From a virus, in IMG/VR virus record IMGVR_UViG_3300020182_000012: DNA of 64,000 nucleotides; one strand, written 5' to 3'. A program made the translations under genes and the position numbers. Shown here in pieces: positions 49,790 to 58,894 of this stretch. The stretch's first letter is position 1. Every line of letters begins with the position of its first letter. The notes below the pieces were generated by a model. That model did no database searches. It saw only the letters and a list, made by a program, of their open reading frames with translations, and was not told where the DNA came from.

Positions 49790-50315
49790 CAGTTACATCT
49801 GTTGCACCAATGTATTTTTGCCAACTTTCGTGGCGTATTTTCATTGGGATATTTCTAATACGATTTGCAATATCCCAATAATCTGGTGCAACTGGTTGCT
49901 TGATTGGTTTCCACAGAGCACTGCCCTTTCTCGAGTTGCACGATCCACATGCAGTTACACTGTTTTCCCATGTTGTTTTGCCACCTCTACTGATTGGTAT
50001 AACATGATCCAACGTTAAATCTTTTTTTCCAACAACTTCTTCGCAATATTGGCAAGTGTATACATCTCTTAGATATAATCCTTGCCTGGTAAAACGTGGT
50101 TTTTTTCTAGAACGTTTAAATCCTCGATTGGACACAACAACTGCTGGTACTCGTATGTCCAACTTTGTACTGTGTACCACCCAGTCATCGTGCCATTCCA
50201 GTACAGTTACTCTGTCGAGGAAAAACAACTTAATTGCTGTCTGCCAACTAATTGTTGATAGTGGCAAGAAACTTACTGGTTGATAATCGGGTGCTAGTAT
50301 TAATGTACTTTCCAT
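49770..50315 (-). CDS. HNH endonuclease (McrA-like)
   Basis: RD.YTCQYC, LTLDHVIP.SRGG.TTWEN.V.AC..CN..KG. Confidence 0.9.
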   Translation of the reverse strand: MESTLILAPDYQPVSFLPLSTISWQTAIKLFFLDRVTVLEWHDDWVVHSTKLDIRVPAVVVSNRGFKRSRKKPRFTRQGLYLRDVYTCQYCEEVVGKKDLTLDHVIPISRGGKTTWENSVTACGSCNSRKGSALWKPIKQPVAPDYWDIANRIRNIPMKIRHESWQKYIGATDVTVTRLSA

Positions 50316-50365
50316 GCTAACAGTATTTAACTACGTAGGGTCACACACAGTACATAAGTATTAAC

Positions 50366-51514
50366 ATGATTAAAGAACAAAAATATTGTGCTGCTCCATG
50401 GCGCAGTCTGCATTTAAATTTTGAAGGGCAAATTAAAACTTGTTGCGCAGGCGATCTTAAAATGTTAGGCAAAAATCACAACGGAACTATCGAATCTATA
50501 TTGCAAAGCCCATTACTCACTGAGATTAAGCAAAGCATTCAAAACGGTATACTACATCCAACATATTGCCGAGGGTGCATTGATAGAGAAGATGCTGGCG
50601 GTCAAAGTGAGCGAGACTGGCACAATAATATTAGCAAACCTTTTAATGTAAAAACTGCTAACCTTGATAATCACGCCCCAAATCTCATTGATGTTCGATG
50701 GAACAACACCTGTAATCTTGCCTGCACTTATTGTGATTCTTATTTTAGTACTAAATGGGCAAGTATAAAAGGAGATATAACAAACAATGAGCAGAATCAC
50801 ACCATTAAGCATCAATACCAACAGTTAATAGATTATATAGAGAAACATAATACACATGTTAAAGAAGTAGCAATGGTCGGCGGCGAACCACTTATGATGA
50901 AAGAAAACAATCTGCTACTTGATGTCCTACCCGACGATGTATTAATAACTGTTATATCTAACATGACACCTGATTTTGACAAATTTCCTGTGCCTAACAA
51001 GTTACTAAGTAGGAAACGTGTAGGATGGAGCATGAGTTTTGATAACATTGGTAAAAGATTTGAATATGTAAGATGGGGTAGTACTTGGGAACAACTCGAC
51101 AAGAATGTTACAACTGTTGCTAATAAAATTAATAATTCTCAACAACACGGCGGAATACATGCTGTATACAACATATATAACTGCACACAATTATGCGAAC
51201 TTAAACAGTATGCACTTGGTAAAGGTATAAACATACTATGGCAACAAGTCAGCGGAGATCATTTTGATCCAATATTGCATAATGCTAAAGTGCGCAAGTT
51301 AGCAATCAACGAAATACAAAAATATAGAAATATGTTTGAAATCTCAGAATCTGATAAAAATTTTTTAGACAGCACAGAAAACAATCTTCAACACGGGACT
51401 ACAGACAAAAGCAAAGAATTCTTAGAGTTTACAGAAAAACTTGAAAATTATTGGCATCCAGATCAACAAGGCAAGTTCTTAGAATTGTGGCCTGATATAG
51501 CTGAGGCACTATAA
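50366..51514 (+). CDS. Radical SAM protein with N-terminal SPASM/twitch-like domain
   Basis: CNLACTYC, GGEP; N-terminal CAAPW...TCC...C..C. Confidence 0.85.
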   Translation: MIKEQKYCAAPWRSLHLNFEGQIKTCCAGDLKMLGKNHNGTIESILQSPLLTEIKQSIQNGILHPTYCRGCIDREDAGGQSERDWHNNISKPFNVKTANLDNHAPNLIDVRWNNTCNLACTYCDSYFSTKWASIKGDITNNEQNHTIKHQYQQLIDYIEKHNTHVKEVAMVGGEPLMMKENNLLLDVLPDDVLITVISNMTPDFDKFPVPNKLLSRKRVGWSMSFDNIGKRFEYVRWGSTWEQLDKNVTTVANKINNSQQHGGIHAVYNIYNCTQLCELKQYALGKGINILWQQVSGDHFDPILHNAKVRKLAINEIQKYRNMFEISESDKNFLDSTENNLQHGTTDKSKEFLEFTEKLENYWHPDQQGKFLELWPDIAEAL

Positions 51515-51522
51515 GTACTAAT

Positions 51523-53094
51523 ATGAGCAAATCACTTGACGGGGTGCTGATTAAAAGTCCCCATAAAAAAGAAGAATACACTGAACAGCAAATTCAAGAA
51601 TTTGTGCTGTGCGCTGATCCTGTGAAGGGTGCCGAATACTTTATGAAGAACTTTTTCTTCATACAACACCCTGTGCAAGGAAAAATGCAGTATGATCCTT
51701 GGGAATTTCAAGAACGCTTGATTCAAACTTACCACGAAAACAGATTTTCAATATCAATGATGCCAAGGCAAACTGGTAAAAGCACAAGTGCTGCTGGATA
51801 TCTTCTTTGGTTTGGTATGTTCAAACCCGACAGTACAATTCTTGTTGCAGCACACAAGTATGCAGGTGCTCAAGAAATTATGCAACGTGTGAGGTATGCA
51901 TACGAAGCATGCCCAAATCACATACGAGCCGGCGTAGTAAGTTACAATAAAGGCAGTATTGAATTTGACAATGGAAGTCGTATTGTAGCACAGACGACAA
52001 CTGAAAATACCGGACGTGGTATGAGTATTACACTTTTATATTGTGACGAGTTTGCATTTGTTCGACCTACTATTGCTAAAGAATTTTGGACTAGTATATC
52101 ACCTACACTGAGCACCGGTGGTGGGGCTATTATTACTAGTACCCCAAACAGTGACGAGGATCAGTTTGCATACATATGGAAAGGCGCAAACAAAACCGAA
52201 GACGAGTTTGGAAATACCAAAGACTTGGGCATTAATGGATTTAAAGCGTATCGAGCATATTGGGCCGAGCATCCCGATAGGGACGAAGAATGGGCAGATG
52301 AGCAACGTGCTATATTAGGAATTGAACGATTCCGTCGAGAAATGGATTGTGAATTCATTATCAACGATGAAACACTTATTGCTCCAACCAAACTGATTGA
52401 TCTCGAAGGCATAGAACCTTTATATAAAACTGGACAAGTTCGTTGGTATAAAAAGCCACAGAAAAATAGAATCTATGTAGTGGCATTGGACCCAAGCCTG
52501 GGCACTGGCGGCGATCCAAGTGCTATCCAAGTGTTTGAAGCTAACACAACAGAACAAGTGGCAGAGTGGCGACACAATAAAACTCCTATTCCGGACCAAA
52601 TTCGAATATTAGTTGACATCATTAAACACATCAATGACGAAGTTCAAGATCCGCAGAGTGTTTACTATTCAGTTGAAAACAATACACTAGGAGAAGCTGC
52701 GTTGATTACAATTGATCAATATGGGGAACAAAATATACCTGGTTATTTTCTAAGTGACAACAGTGTTGTTAGTGGTAGTGGCAGGCGGTATCGCAAAGGA
52801 TTTAATACCACAAACAAAAGTAAAGTTTCAGCATGTGCAAAATTAAAAACACTTGTTGAAACAGACAAAATGACAGTTCGTAGTAGAAGTCTAATAGGCG
52901 AATTTAAAAACTTTGTAGCACATGGCACTAGCTATGCAGCTAAACCCGGAGAAACAGATGATTTGGTTATGTCTACTATATTAGCTATTCGTATGTTGCA
53001 AATTTTAACAGGGTATCACAAGGAACTGGATACACACATGACTGATTTTGGAGAGGATCAAATTGAACCTTTGCCGTTTGTGGCAATGTTTTAA
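51523..53094 (+). CDS. gp17: Terminase large subunit (T4 gp17-like)
   Basis: PRQTGKS Walker A, LLYCDEFAF, ITSTPN, ALDPS, DDLVM. Confidence 0.95.
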   Translation: MSKSLDGVLIKSPHKKEEYTEQQIQEFVLCADPVKGAEYFMKNFFFIQHPVQGKMQYDPWEFQERLIQTYHENRFSISMMPRQTGKSTSAAGYLLWFGMFKPDSTILVAAHKYAGAQEIMQRVRYAYEACPNHIRAGVVSYNKGSIEFDNGSRIVAQTTTENTGRGMSITLLYCDEFAFVRPTIAKEFWTSISPTLSTGGGAIITSTPNSDEDQFAYIWKGANKTEDEFGNTKDLGINGFKAYRAYWAEHPDRDEEWADEQRAILGIERFRREMDCEFIINDETLIAPTKLIDLEGIEPLYKTGQVRWYKKPQKNRIYVVALDPSLGTGGDPSAIQVFEANTTEQVAEWRHNKTPIPDQIRILVDIIKHINDEVQDPQSVYYSVENNTLGEAALITIDQYGEQNIPGYFLSDNSVVSGSGRRYRKGFNTTNKSKVSACAKLKTLVETDKMTVRSRSLIGEFKNFVAHGTSYAAKPGETDDLVMSTILAIRMLQILTGYHKELDTHMTDFGEDQIEPLPFVAMF

Positions 53095-53105
53095 TAAATA
53101 GTATT

Positions 53106-55079
53106 ATGGCACAAGATAACAACGCAGCACAACAAATTTTCGATACTATAGTAACACGAGACCTTGACCCTAAATCACTCGATGCTATGGGCAAGCCGAC
53201 TGTGAATGCAGCCGATGCAGATCTAATTTCGTTTAATTTTAAAACCGAAAACAAAGATTATGGAACAGTGGTTGTCTTAATAGACGGCGAAGAGAAAATT
53301 GAATTATATTACGGTGACAGCATTGGGCGCACAATGGAACGTGATGACCGCAGTGATTGGTATGATTTCCTTGCGGTTATTAGAAATATAGCAAAGCGTA
53401 ACTTGTACACATTTGGCCTTAATAATATGAATAGGTTAAAGTATTCAATGAAAAGCATGGCAAAATTAGCCGAAGGTTGGAACGGAACAAATAAAACCAG
53501 CTATAACAAGCAAGGTCCAGCAAAGCTTATTATCAAACATTCACGAAAGCTAGGCGAAGGTGAAGCACGTTTTAGAAACATTGAAAGTTTGTTTGTTGAA
53601 AATAGCCAAGGCGAAAGATTTAAAATGCCATTCCGTAGTATAAGTGGCGGTAAAGCAATGGCAAGACATGTGTCCGAAGGCGGTAACCCATACGACACAA
53701 TTGGGCAACATATCAGTGACACAATTAGTGAAATAGCAACACTGGGAAGATTTATTAGAGCCAGTAAAAGCAAATCATTTGGGCAAAATGCAGATGCGCT
53801 AAACATTGCCGAAGATGCAGTTAGGCACTACAAAGACCTTAAACGCAAAGCAAAGAAAATGATCAGTCGTCGGGGCTATAAAGATATCTTTGCATCATGG
53901 GATCCGATGGAAATTACCGAGCTTGACGAAACCATTGAGCAAGTAAGAGAAGTATTTTCAAAAAATACAATTGATAGCCGTATCGAAGAAGCTCTACCAA
54001 TATTAGCAAAGATAAAGGAAACTAGCATGAAAGAAGCTGACGTATTTGAGCAGTGGGCAGACAGTATCACTGAAGGTACATGGGCATTGCCCGATACGCC
54101 AGAACAAATGGCAGAATTAGCTGAACTTATGAAAGAACCATTGCATTGTGGTCCAGCTGGCGAATTTGCAACTGAGCAACTGTATGGACTAATTGGCGAC
54201 GATGAACTGTTTGATGACATTTATGAAATGGGATTGGAAAATCCCGATGCTGATTGTAGACCACTAGTACTAGCTAGACTCAAAGAATTCAACATCGAGC
54301 TTGGCGAAAATGCACCAATGACTAGCATACGCCCACAGTCTAGAACACTTAGCAACCTTGGCGGCACACGAGAAATTGCACCAAACGGAGAACCAACTGG
54401 TAGTACCAGAGGCTTTAAGCCACTAGGAGAAGATGAGCAGTTAAATGAAATTGCACCTGCTGCGGTTGCAGCGGCTGTTTGGGTTATCAAATGGTGTATC
54501 AGATTTGGTGCTTGGCCAGTAATTAAGTGGTTGTTGAAAAAACACGGTGGTAAACTGTTTGGTGGCGCAGCTATAGCTTATTATATTGACGAAGGATGGG
54601 ATTGGGTTAAACGTGCAATTGGTGAAGAATATGCACAAATGTTGATTGACAATAAATTTGAAATTGGCATGGCAGTTGCATTTATAGTAGGTGCTGTTGC
54701 ACTTAAAAAACTCGTCGAGAAACAAGGTGAGAAACTTGTTAGTGCAAACGACAAGATGGACACAATGAATGAAGATCAGGCATATAGAACTGATCGTTTA
54801 AATACTATTCAAAAAGATAGAACTGATCGTCTAAACGCTATTCAAAAAGGCAGAGATGATCGAAAAGCAGAACTTCAAAAGTCTAGAGATGACAGACGTG
54901 GAGTAGTAGAAGATCCAACGCAAGAAGAGCCTCTTACTAAAGCAAATCAACAAGACCTCGACGATGAAGATATGACAGAAGTAACAGACATTGACACAGG
55001 AAAACCTGCACTAAAAGCAGAGCGTGACCCAATGATCGAATCAGAGCTAGATAGACTATTAACACTAGCTCGAGGGTAG
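53106..55079 (+). CDS. Modular virion-associated protein with a hydrophobic insert
   Basis: AMARHVSEGG.PYD core; several X-E cleavage-like sites; amphipathic segment 54450-54773. Confidence 0.7.
   Translation: MAQDNNAAQQIFDTIVTRDLDPKSLDAMGKPTVNAADADLISFNFKTENKDYGTVVVLIDGEEKIELYYGDSIGRTMERDDRSDWYDFLAVIRNIAKRNLYTFGLNNMNRLKYSMKSMAKLAEGWNGTNKTSYNKQGPAKLIIKHSRKLGEGEARFRNIESLFVENSQGERFKMPFRSISGGKAMARHVSEGGNPYDTIGQHISDTISEIATLGRFIRASKSKSFGQNADALNIAEDAVRHYKDLKRKAKKMISRRGYKDIFASWDPMEITELDETIEQVREVFSKNTIDSRIEEALPILAKIKETSMKEADVFEQWADSITEGTWALPDTPEQMAELAELMKEPLHCGPAGEFATEQLYGLIGDDELFDDIYEMGLENPDADCRPLVLARLKEFNIELGENAPMTSIRPQSRTLSNLGGTREIAPNGEPTGSTRGFKPLGEDEQLNEIAPAAVAAAVWVIKWCIRFGAWPVIKWLLKKHGGKLFGGAAIAYYIDEGWDWVKRAIGEEYAQMLIDNKFEIGMAVAFIVGAVALKKLVEKQGEKLVSANDKMDTMNEDQAYRTDRLNTIQKDRTDRLNAIQKGRDDRKAELQKSRDDRRGVVEDPTQEEPLTKANQQDLDDEDMTEVTDIDTGKPALKAERDPMIESELDRLLTLARG
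54784..54849 (+). repeat. 33-nt tandem repeat (RTDRLNxIQKx), degenerate copies follow
   Basis: ATAGAACTGATCGT(T/C)TAAA...CTATTCAAAAAG twice. Confidence 0.85.
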
Positions 55080-55080
55080 C

Positions 55081-55644
55081 ATGTCCATAGAAACAATAAT
55101 CCCTGCTCAGTTGTGGTTGATCAGGGATTTCTTTCCTCAAGAACAATATGTATTTGTTCGCGACTTATATAGAAAAGCAGAAAATAATAAATTGCAAATG
55201 GTTTATGATAATCGTTTGCTTACCAATTGGGCCGAAACCAAAGAACCCAATGACATATGTGCTTCATGGGCACCGTACTTTAGTGACCTATGTGGTGTTA
55301 ATCTAAAGCCACAAGTTGGATATGTTGACATCACATTGTCACATGCAAAAATTATGATGCATCGTATACACCGCGACATCAAGTTTCAAGTACAGATTCC
55401 TCTATGCACAATGGCTGCCGACACAAATCGATATGCATTTTGTACATCAGACGAAGTTAATACAGCAATAGGCGAAAACGATCATTCTCCTAGTCGCAAT
55501 ATTGCTGCCAATGAATGTGTTTATGTTCCACATGAACCCAGGAGTGCAATTGCATATCTTAATAATCCACGCATTTTTAATGGTATGATGAATAGCATAC
55601 CCGAAAACAGCATACGTGAAACACTATGGCTTAACTATCAGTAG
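55081..55644 (+). CDS. 2OG-Fe(II) oxygenase-like protein
   Basis: HRD motif, QVQI.L, C-terminal RETL. Confidence 0.55.
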   Translation: MSIETIIPAQLWLIRDFFPQEQYVFVRDLYRKAENNKLQMVYDNRLLTNWAETKEPNDICASWAPYFSDLCGVNLKPQVGYVDITLSHAKIMMHRIHRDIKFQVQIPLCTMAADTNRYAFCTSDEVNTAIGENDHSPSRNIAANECVYVPHEPRSAIAYLNNPRIFNGMMNSIPENSIRETLWLNYQ

Positions 55645-56206
55645 CTAGGTTATACTGGAATGCTATGCTCTGGCGTGTGCCGTAACCCTGTATAACTTGG
55701 TGCACTTTTTGATCGGTGTTTAAGTTAAGGTACCCGCAATTAGCTACTATCGGGGCCTCAACTGATGGATCAACATGCATAAATTCTGCACCATATAACC
55801 GATGTTCGTGATCTTGAATGTGTTTAACATCAACGTATATTTGTAATGTGACAATAATTTCAGCACTATCACCATGCGGCTGGCAATCAAACAGTGGCAA
55901 ATCAAGCCAAAATTTACCAACCATTAAGTTTAGTTTTTTATTTAGAATTTTTTCAAGTTGTGGTATTAAGCTAACTCCAACTTTTTGAAGTTTTTTCTGA
56001 TCTACACCGTTTGCTAATAATAAGCGGTTATGCGGCCGGCTAACTTCAAATTTATTATCGGTATTTACATAGATACCTTGCATCCACTCAAGTGTATCGT
56101 TATTGAAGGTGTTATGTACCCACCACAAATTTGGAGCTGCAAGTTCAAATTCTACATCTTGTCCAAAATAGTTGACTTCTTCTGTGTTTATGTTATTATG
56201 TGTCAT
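55631..56206 (-). CDS. 2OG-Fe(II) oxygenase-like protein
   Basis: HGD, LQIY, G.EF, N.GY, distal H, RQS. Confidence 0.7.
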   Translation of the reverse strand: MTHNNINTEEVNYFGQDVEFELAAPNLWWVHNTFNNDTLEWMQGIYVNTDNKFEVSRPHNRLLLANGVDQKKLQKVGVSLIPQLEKILNKKLNLMVGKFWLDLPLFDCQPHGDSAEIIVTLQIYVDVKHIQDHEHRLYGAEFMHVDPSVEAPIVANCGYLNLNTDQKVHQVIQGYGTRQSIAFQYNLATDS

Positions 56207-56274
56207 GTGTATATTTAATCCAAGCCAGGTCAATCAGCAAAGTTTATTCTTTAGACAATTGTTAACCTTTCTGC

Positions 56275-56303
56275 TTGACGGACTAAATAAAAGCGTATAT
56301 ACT
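56275..56303 (+). promoter_or_regulatory. Sigma70 promoter with a nested late core
   Basis: TTGACG-17 nt-TATACT; TAAATA at 56284-56289 within the spacer. Confidence 0.7.
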
Positions 56304-56394
56304 AGTACAGTGTATATAGGCATACACAGATACGTAGTTGCGTATCGTAGGCAAATGAAAAGAGTAGTAGTTGCTACTCGTAGGCATATAGGAG
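56296..56394 (+). ncRNA. Structured gene 32 leader (three hairpin-TAGGCA units)
   Basis: GATACG-TAGTTG-CGTATC-GTAGGCA and GAGTAG-TAGTTG-CTACTC-GTAGGCA, plus one degenerate unit. Confidence 0.7.
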
Positions 56395-56401
56395 AATACA
56401 A

Positions 56402-57385
56402 ATGGCTTCATTAGCAGAAATCCGCGCCCGTCTTGCAGCGGCAGACAACAAGCAAGGCAACAATCAGTCATCCGGCGGTGATGGCGCAATTTACCCACAT
56501 TGGAATATGAACGAAGGTGACAGCGCAGTGCTTCGCTTTCTTCCGGATGCAGATAACGGCAATACGTTCTTTTGGATGGAACGTGCAATGATCAAACTTC
56601 CATTCAATGGCATCAAAGGTCAAATGGATAGTAAAAATGTCGTAGTGCAAGTACCGTGTGTTGAGATGTGGGGCGAAACTTGTCCAATTCTCACAGAAGT
56701 ACGTCAATGGTTTAAAGACAAAAGCCTTGAAGACATGGGACGTAAGTATTGGAAAAAACGTTCATACATCATGCAAGGTTTTGTGCGTGAGAATCCAATC
56801 TCTGATGACAACAGTGACAAAGCAATCCGTCGCTTTATCATTGGTCCCCAAATCTTCCAGACTATTAAATCAGCGTTGATGGATCCAGAACTAGAAGAAC
56901 TTCCAACTGACTATGAGCGTGGATTGGACTTCCGTATTAGCAAAACAGCTAAAGGTGGATATGCTGACTATTCAACTAGCAAGTGGGCTCGCAAAGAAAC
57001 ACCACTTACTGCAACAGAAGCTGAAGCAATTGAATCGCAAGGTTTGTATAACTTGGCTGACTTCTTACCAAAACGCCCGGATGAAACGGCTATTAAAGTA
57101 ATGAAGGAAATGTTCGAAGCTAGCGTTGATGGTCAATCATACGATGCAGAACGTTGGGGGCAATACTTCCGCCCAGCGGGCATGCAAGCACCAGCAGGAA
57201 GTGCAGCACCAGCAGCAACTCCTGTAGCAGCGCCTGTAGCAGAATCAGCATCAACTGACACTGGTTGGACAGATGTTGCACCAGCAGCTGAAACTCCGGT
57301 AGCCCCAGCTCCAGAAGCCGAAGCAGCGCCTAGTAGTAAAGCAGATGATATTCTGGCTATGATTCGCAGCCGTCAAGCTTCGTAA
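56402..57385 (+). CDS. gp32: Single-stranded DNA-binding protein (T4 gp32-like)
   Basis: LRFLPD, CP, YWKKRSY, D...G.DF...K..KGGYADY..S.W. Confidence 0.9.
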   Translation: MASLAEIRARLAAADNKQGNNQSSGGDGAIYPHWNMNEGDSAVLRFLPDADNGNTFFWMERAMIKLPFNGIKGQMDSKNVVVQVPCVEMWGETCPILTEVRQWFKDKSLEDMGRKYWKKRSYIMQGFVRENPISDDNSDKAIRRFIIGPQIFQTIKSALMDPELEELPTDYERGLDFRISKTAKGGYADYSTSKWARKETPLTATEAEAIESQGLYNLADFLPKRPDETAIKVMKEMFEASVDGQSYDAERWGQYFRPAGMQAPAGSAAPAATPVAAPVAESASTDTGWTDVAPAAETPVAPAPEAEAAPSSKADDILAMIRSRQAS

Positions 57386-57397
57386 TCTAACTGCATA

Positions 57398-57444
57398 GTC
57401 GAGGACAGGTTTTATTCCTTTTTTCCTGTTCTCGGCACTTTCTT
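57398..57444 (+). terminator. Hairpin after gene 32 (terminator or attenuator)
   Basis: GTCGAGGACAGG / CCTGTTCTCGGC 12-bp stem, pyrimidine-rich loop, weak T tail. Confidence 0.5.
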
Positions 57445-57495
57445 AAATGAAAAAAGTATGCGTAAGTAGTTATAGATTTTTTTGAGGGAAATACA

Positions 57496-58593
57496 GTGGC
57501 AAAACCATTTGATATAAGCAAGTTCCGTAAGGACATCACAAAAAGCATTGACGGATTGTCAATTGGCTTTAATGATCCAACTGACTGGATCAGCACAGGT
57601 AACTATGCACTAAACTATCTTATCTCGGGAGACTTCCATAAAGGTTGTCCACTAGGTAAAGTTACAGTGTTCGCTGGGGAATCTGGTGCAGGCAAAAGTT
57701 ATTTTGCTGCTGGCAATATTGTAAAACATGCACAGCAACAAGGCATCTTTGTTGTTCTTGTTGACACTGAAAACGCACTAGACGAAGCATGGCTGCAAGC
57801 ACTAGGCGTCGACACAGATGAGAGCAAATTGCTTAAACTAGCAATGAGCATGATCGACGATGTTGCAAAAACAATTTCAACATTCATGAAAGATTACAAA
57901 GCAATGCCAGACGGTGAGCGTCCTAAAGTGTTGTTTGTTATTGACTCGTTGGGCATGATGCTAACACCCACTGACGTTAACCAGTTTGAAGCTGGTGATA
58001 TGAAAGGTGACTTGGGGCGTAAACCTAAGGCACTTACTGCACTTGTTCGTAATACTGTTAACATGTTTGGTAGCTACAACGTTGGCATGGTGTGTACTAA
58101 TCACACATATGCATCACAAGACATGTTTGATCCAGATGATAAGATCTCAGGCGGTCAAGGCTTTATCTATGCAAGTTCAATTGTTGTTGCTATGCGCAAA
58201 CTCAAGCTAAAAGAAGATGAAGATGGCAACAAGATCTCTCAAGTAAAAGGTATTCGTGCAGCATGTAAAGTTATGAAAACACGTTATGCTAAACCTTTTG
58301 AAAGTGTGCAAGTTAAAATTCCTTATGAAACAGGCATGAATCCATACAGTGGACTTGTTGACTTAGCAGAATCAACTGGCTTGCTAACCAAACAAGGCAA
58401 CAGACTGCGTTTTGAAACAAGCACCGGCGAGGAAATCCTACAGTTCCGCAAGGCATGGGAACGCAACGAAGACGGGTGTTTAGATAAAGTTATGTTGGAC
58501 TTTAACAAAGTAGAAGAACTAGCCGAAGTAATCGAAGATGATGAGCTAGTGGACGAAGAATTAACACAAGCAATCGAAGAGGCACAGGTATAA
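57496..58593 (+). CDS. uvsX: RecA-like recombinase UvsX
   Basis: GESGAGKS, DTENA, VIDSLG, TNHTY, SGG.G..YASS. Confidence 0.92.
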   Translation: MAKPFDISKFRKDITKSIDGLSIGFNDPTDWISTGNYALNYLISGDFHKGCPLGKVTVFAGESGAGKSYFAAGNIVKHAQQQGIFVVLVDTENALDEAWLQALGVDTDESKLLKLAMSMIDDVAKTISTFMKDYKAMPDGERPKVLFVIDSLGMMLTPTDVNQFEAGDMKGDLGRKPKALTALVRNTVNMFGSYNVGMVCTNHTYASQDMFDPDDKISGGQGFIYASSIVVAMRKLKLKEDEDGNKISQVKGIRAACKVMKTRYAKPFESVQVKIPYETGMNPYSGLVDLAESTGLLTKQGNRLRFETSTGEEILQFRKAWERNEDGCLDKVMLDFNKVEELAEVIEDDELVDEELTQAIEEAQV

Positions 58594-58595
58594 AA

Positions 58596-58886
58596 ATGGC
58601 AATGTCACCACTGGAGTTAGCTGCAATCGTTTGGAGAGATTGCAGAAGTCATTTGTTGCAAAATGCTGATATTCGCGAAGCTGCTGAAACAGTTGTAGCA
58701 ACATTAATGGAAACATACGACGAATATGAAATTCGAGAAGCGTTTAAATTTGATGGTGCTATTAAAATGGCAGTAGGAGAGTACACAGGGTCACACGACG
58801 AATCAGACATCGAAGATGACATTGATGACGATGTTATGGTTGATTTAATCAACGACGATGGTGAATTTGACTACGATGAGTATTAA
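58596..58886 (+). CDS. Hypothetical acidic protein
   Basis: 96 aa with an Asp-rich tail. Confidence 0.65.
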   Translation: MAMSPLELAAIVWRDCRSHLLQNADIREAAETVVATLMETYDEYEIREAFKFDGAIKMAVGEYTGSHDESDIEDDIDDDVMVDLINDDGEFDYDEY

Positions 58887-58894
58887 TAACTCGC

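Noticed and set aside
49770-50315. HNH gene as an intron-borne mobile element
   Set aside because: Free-standing with its own late core; flanking genes are intact
51523-58593. Inteins or introns in terminase and UvsX
   Set aside because: Normal lengths, contiguous motifs, no splicing signatures
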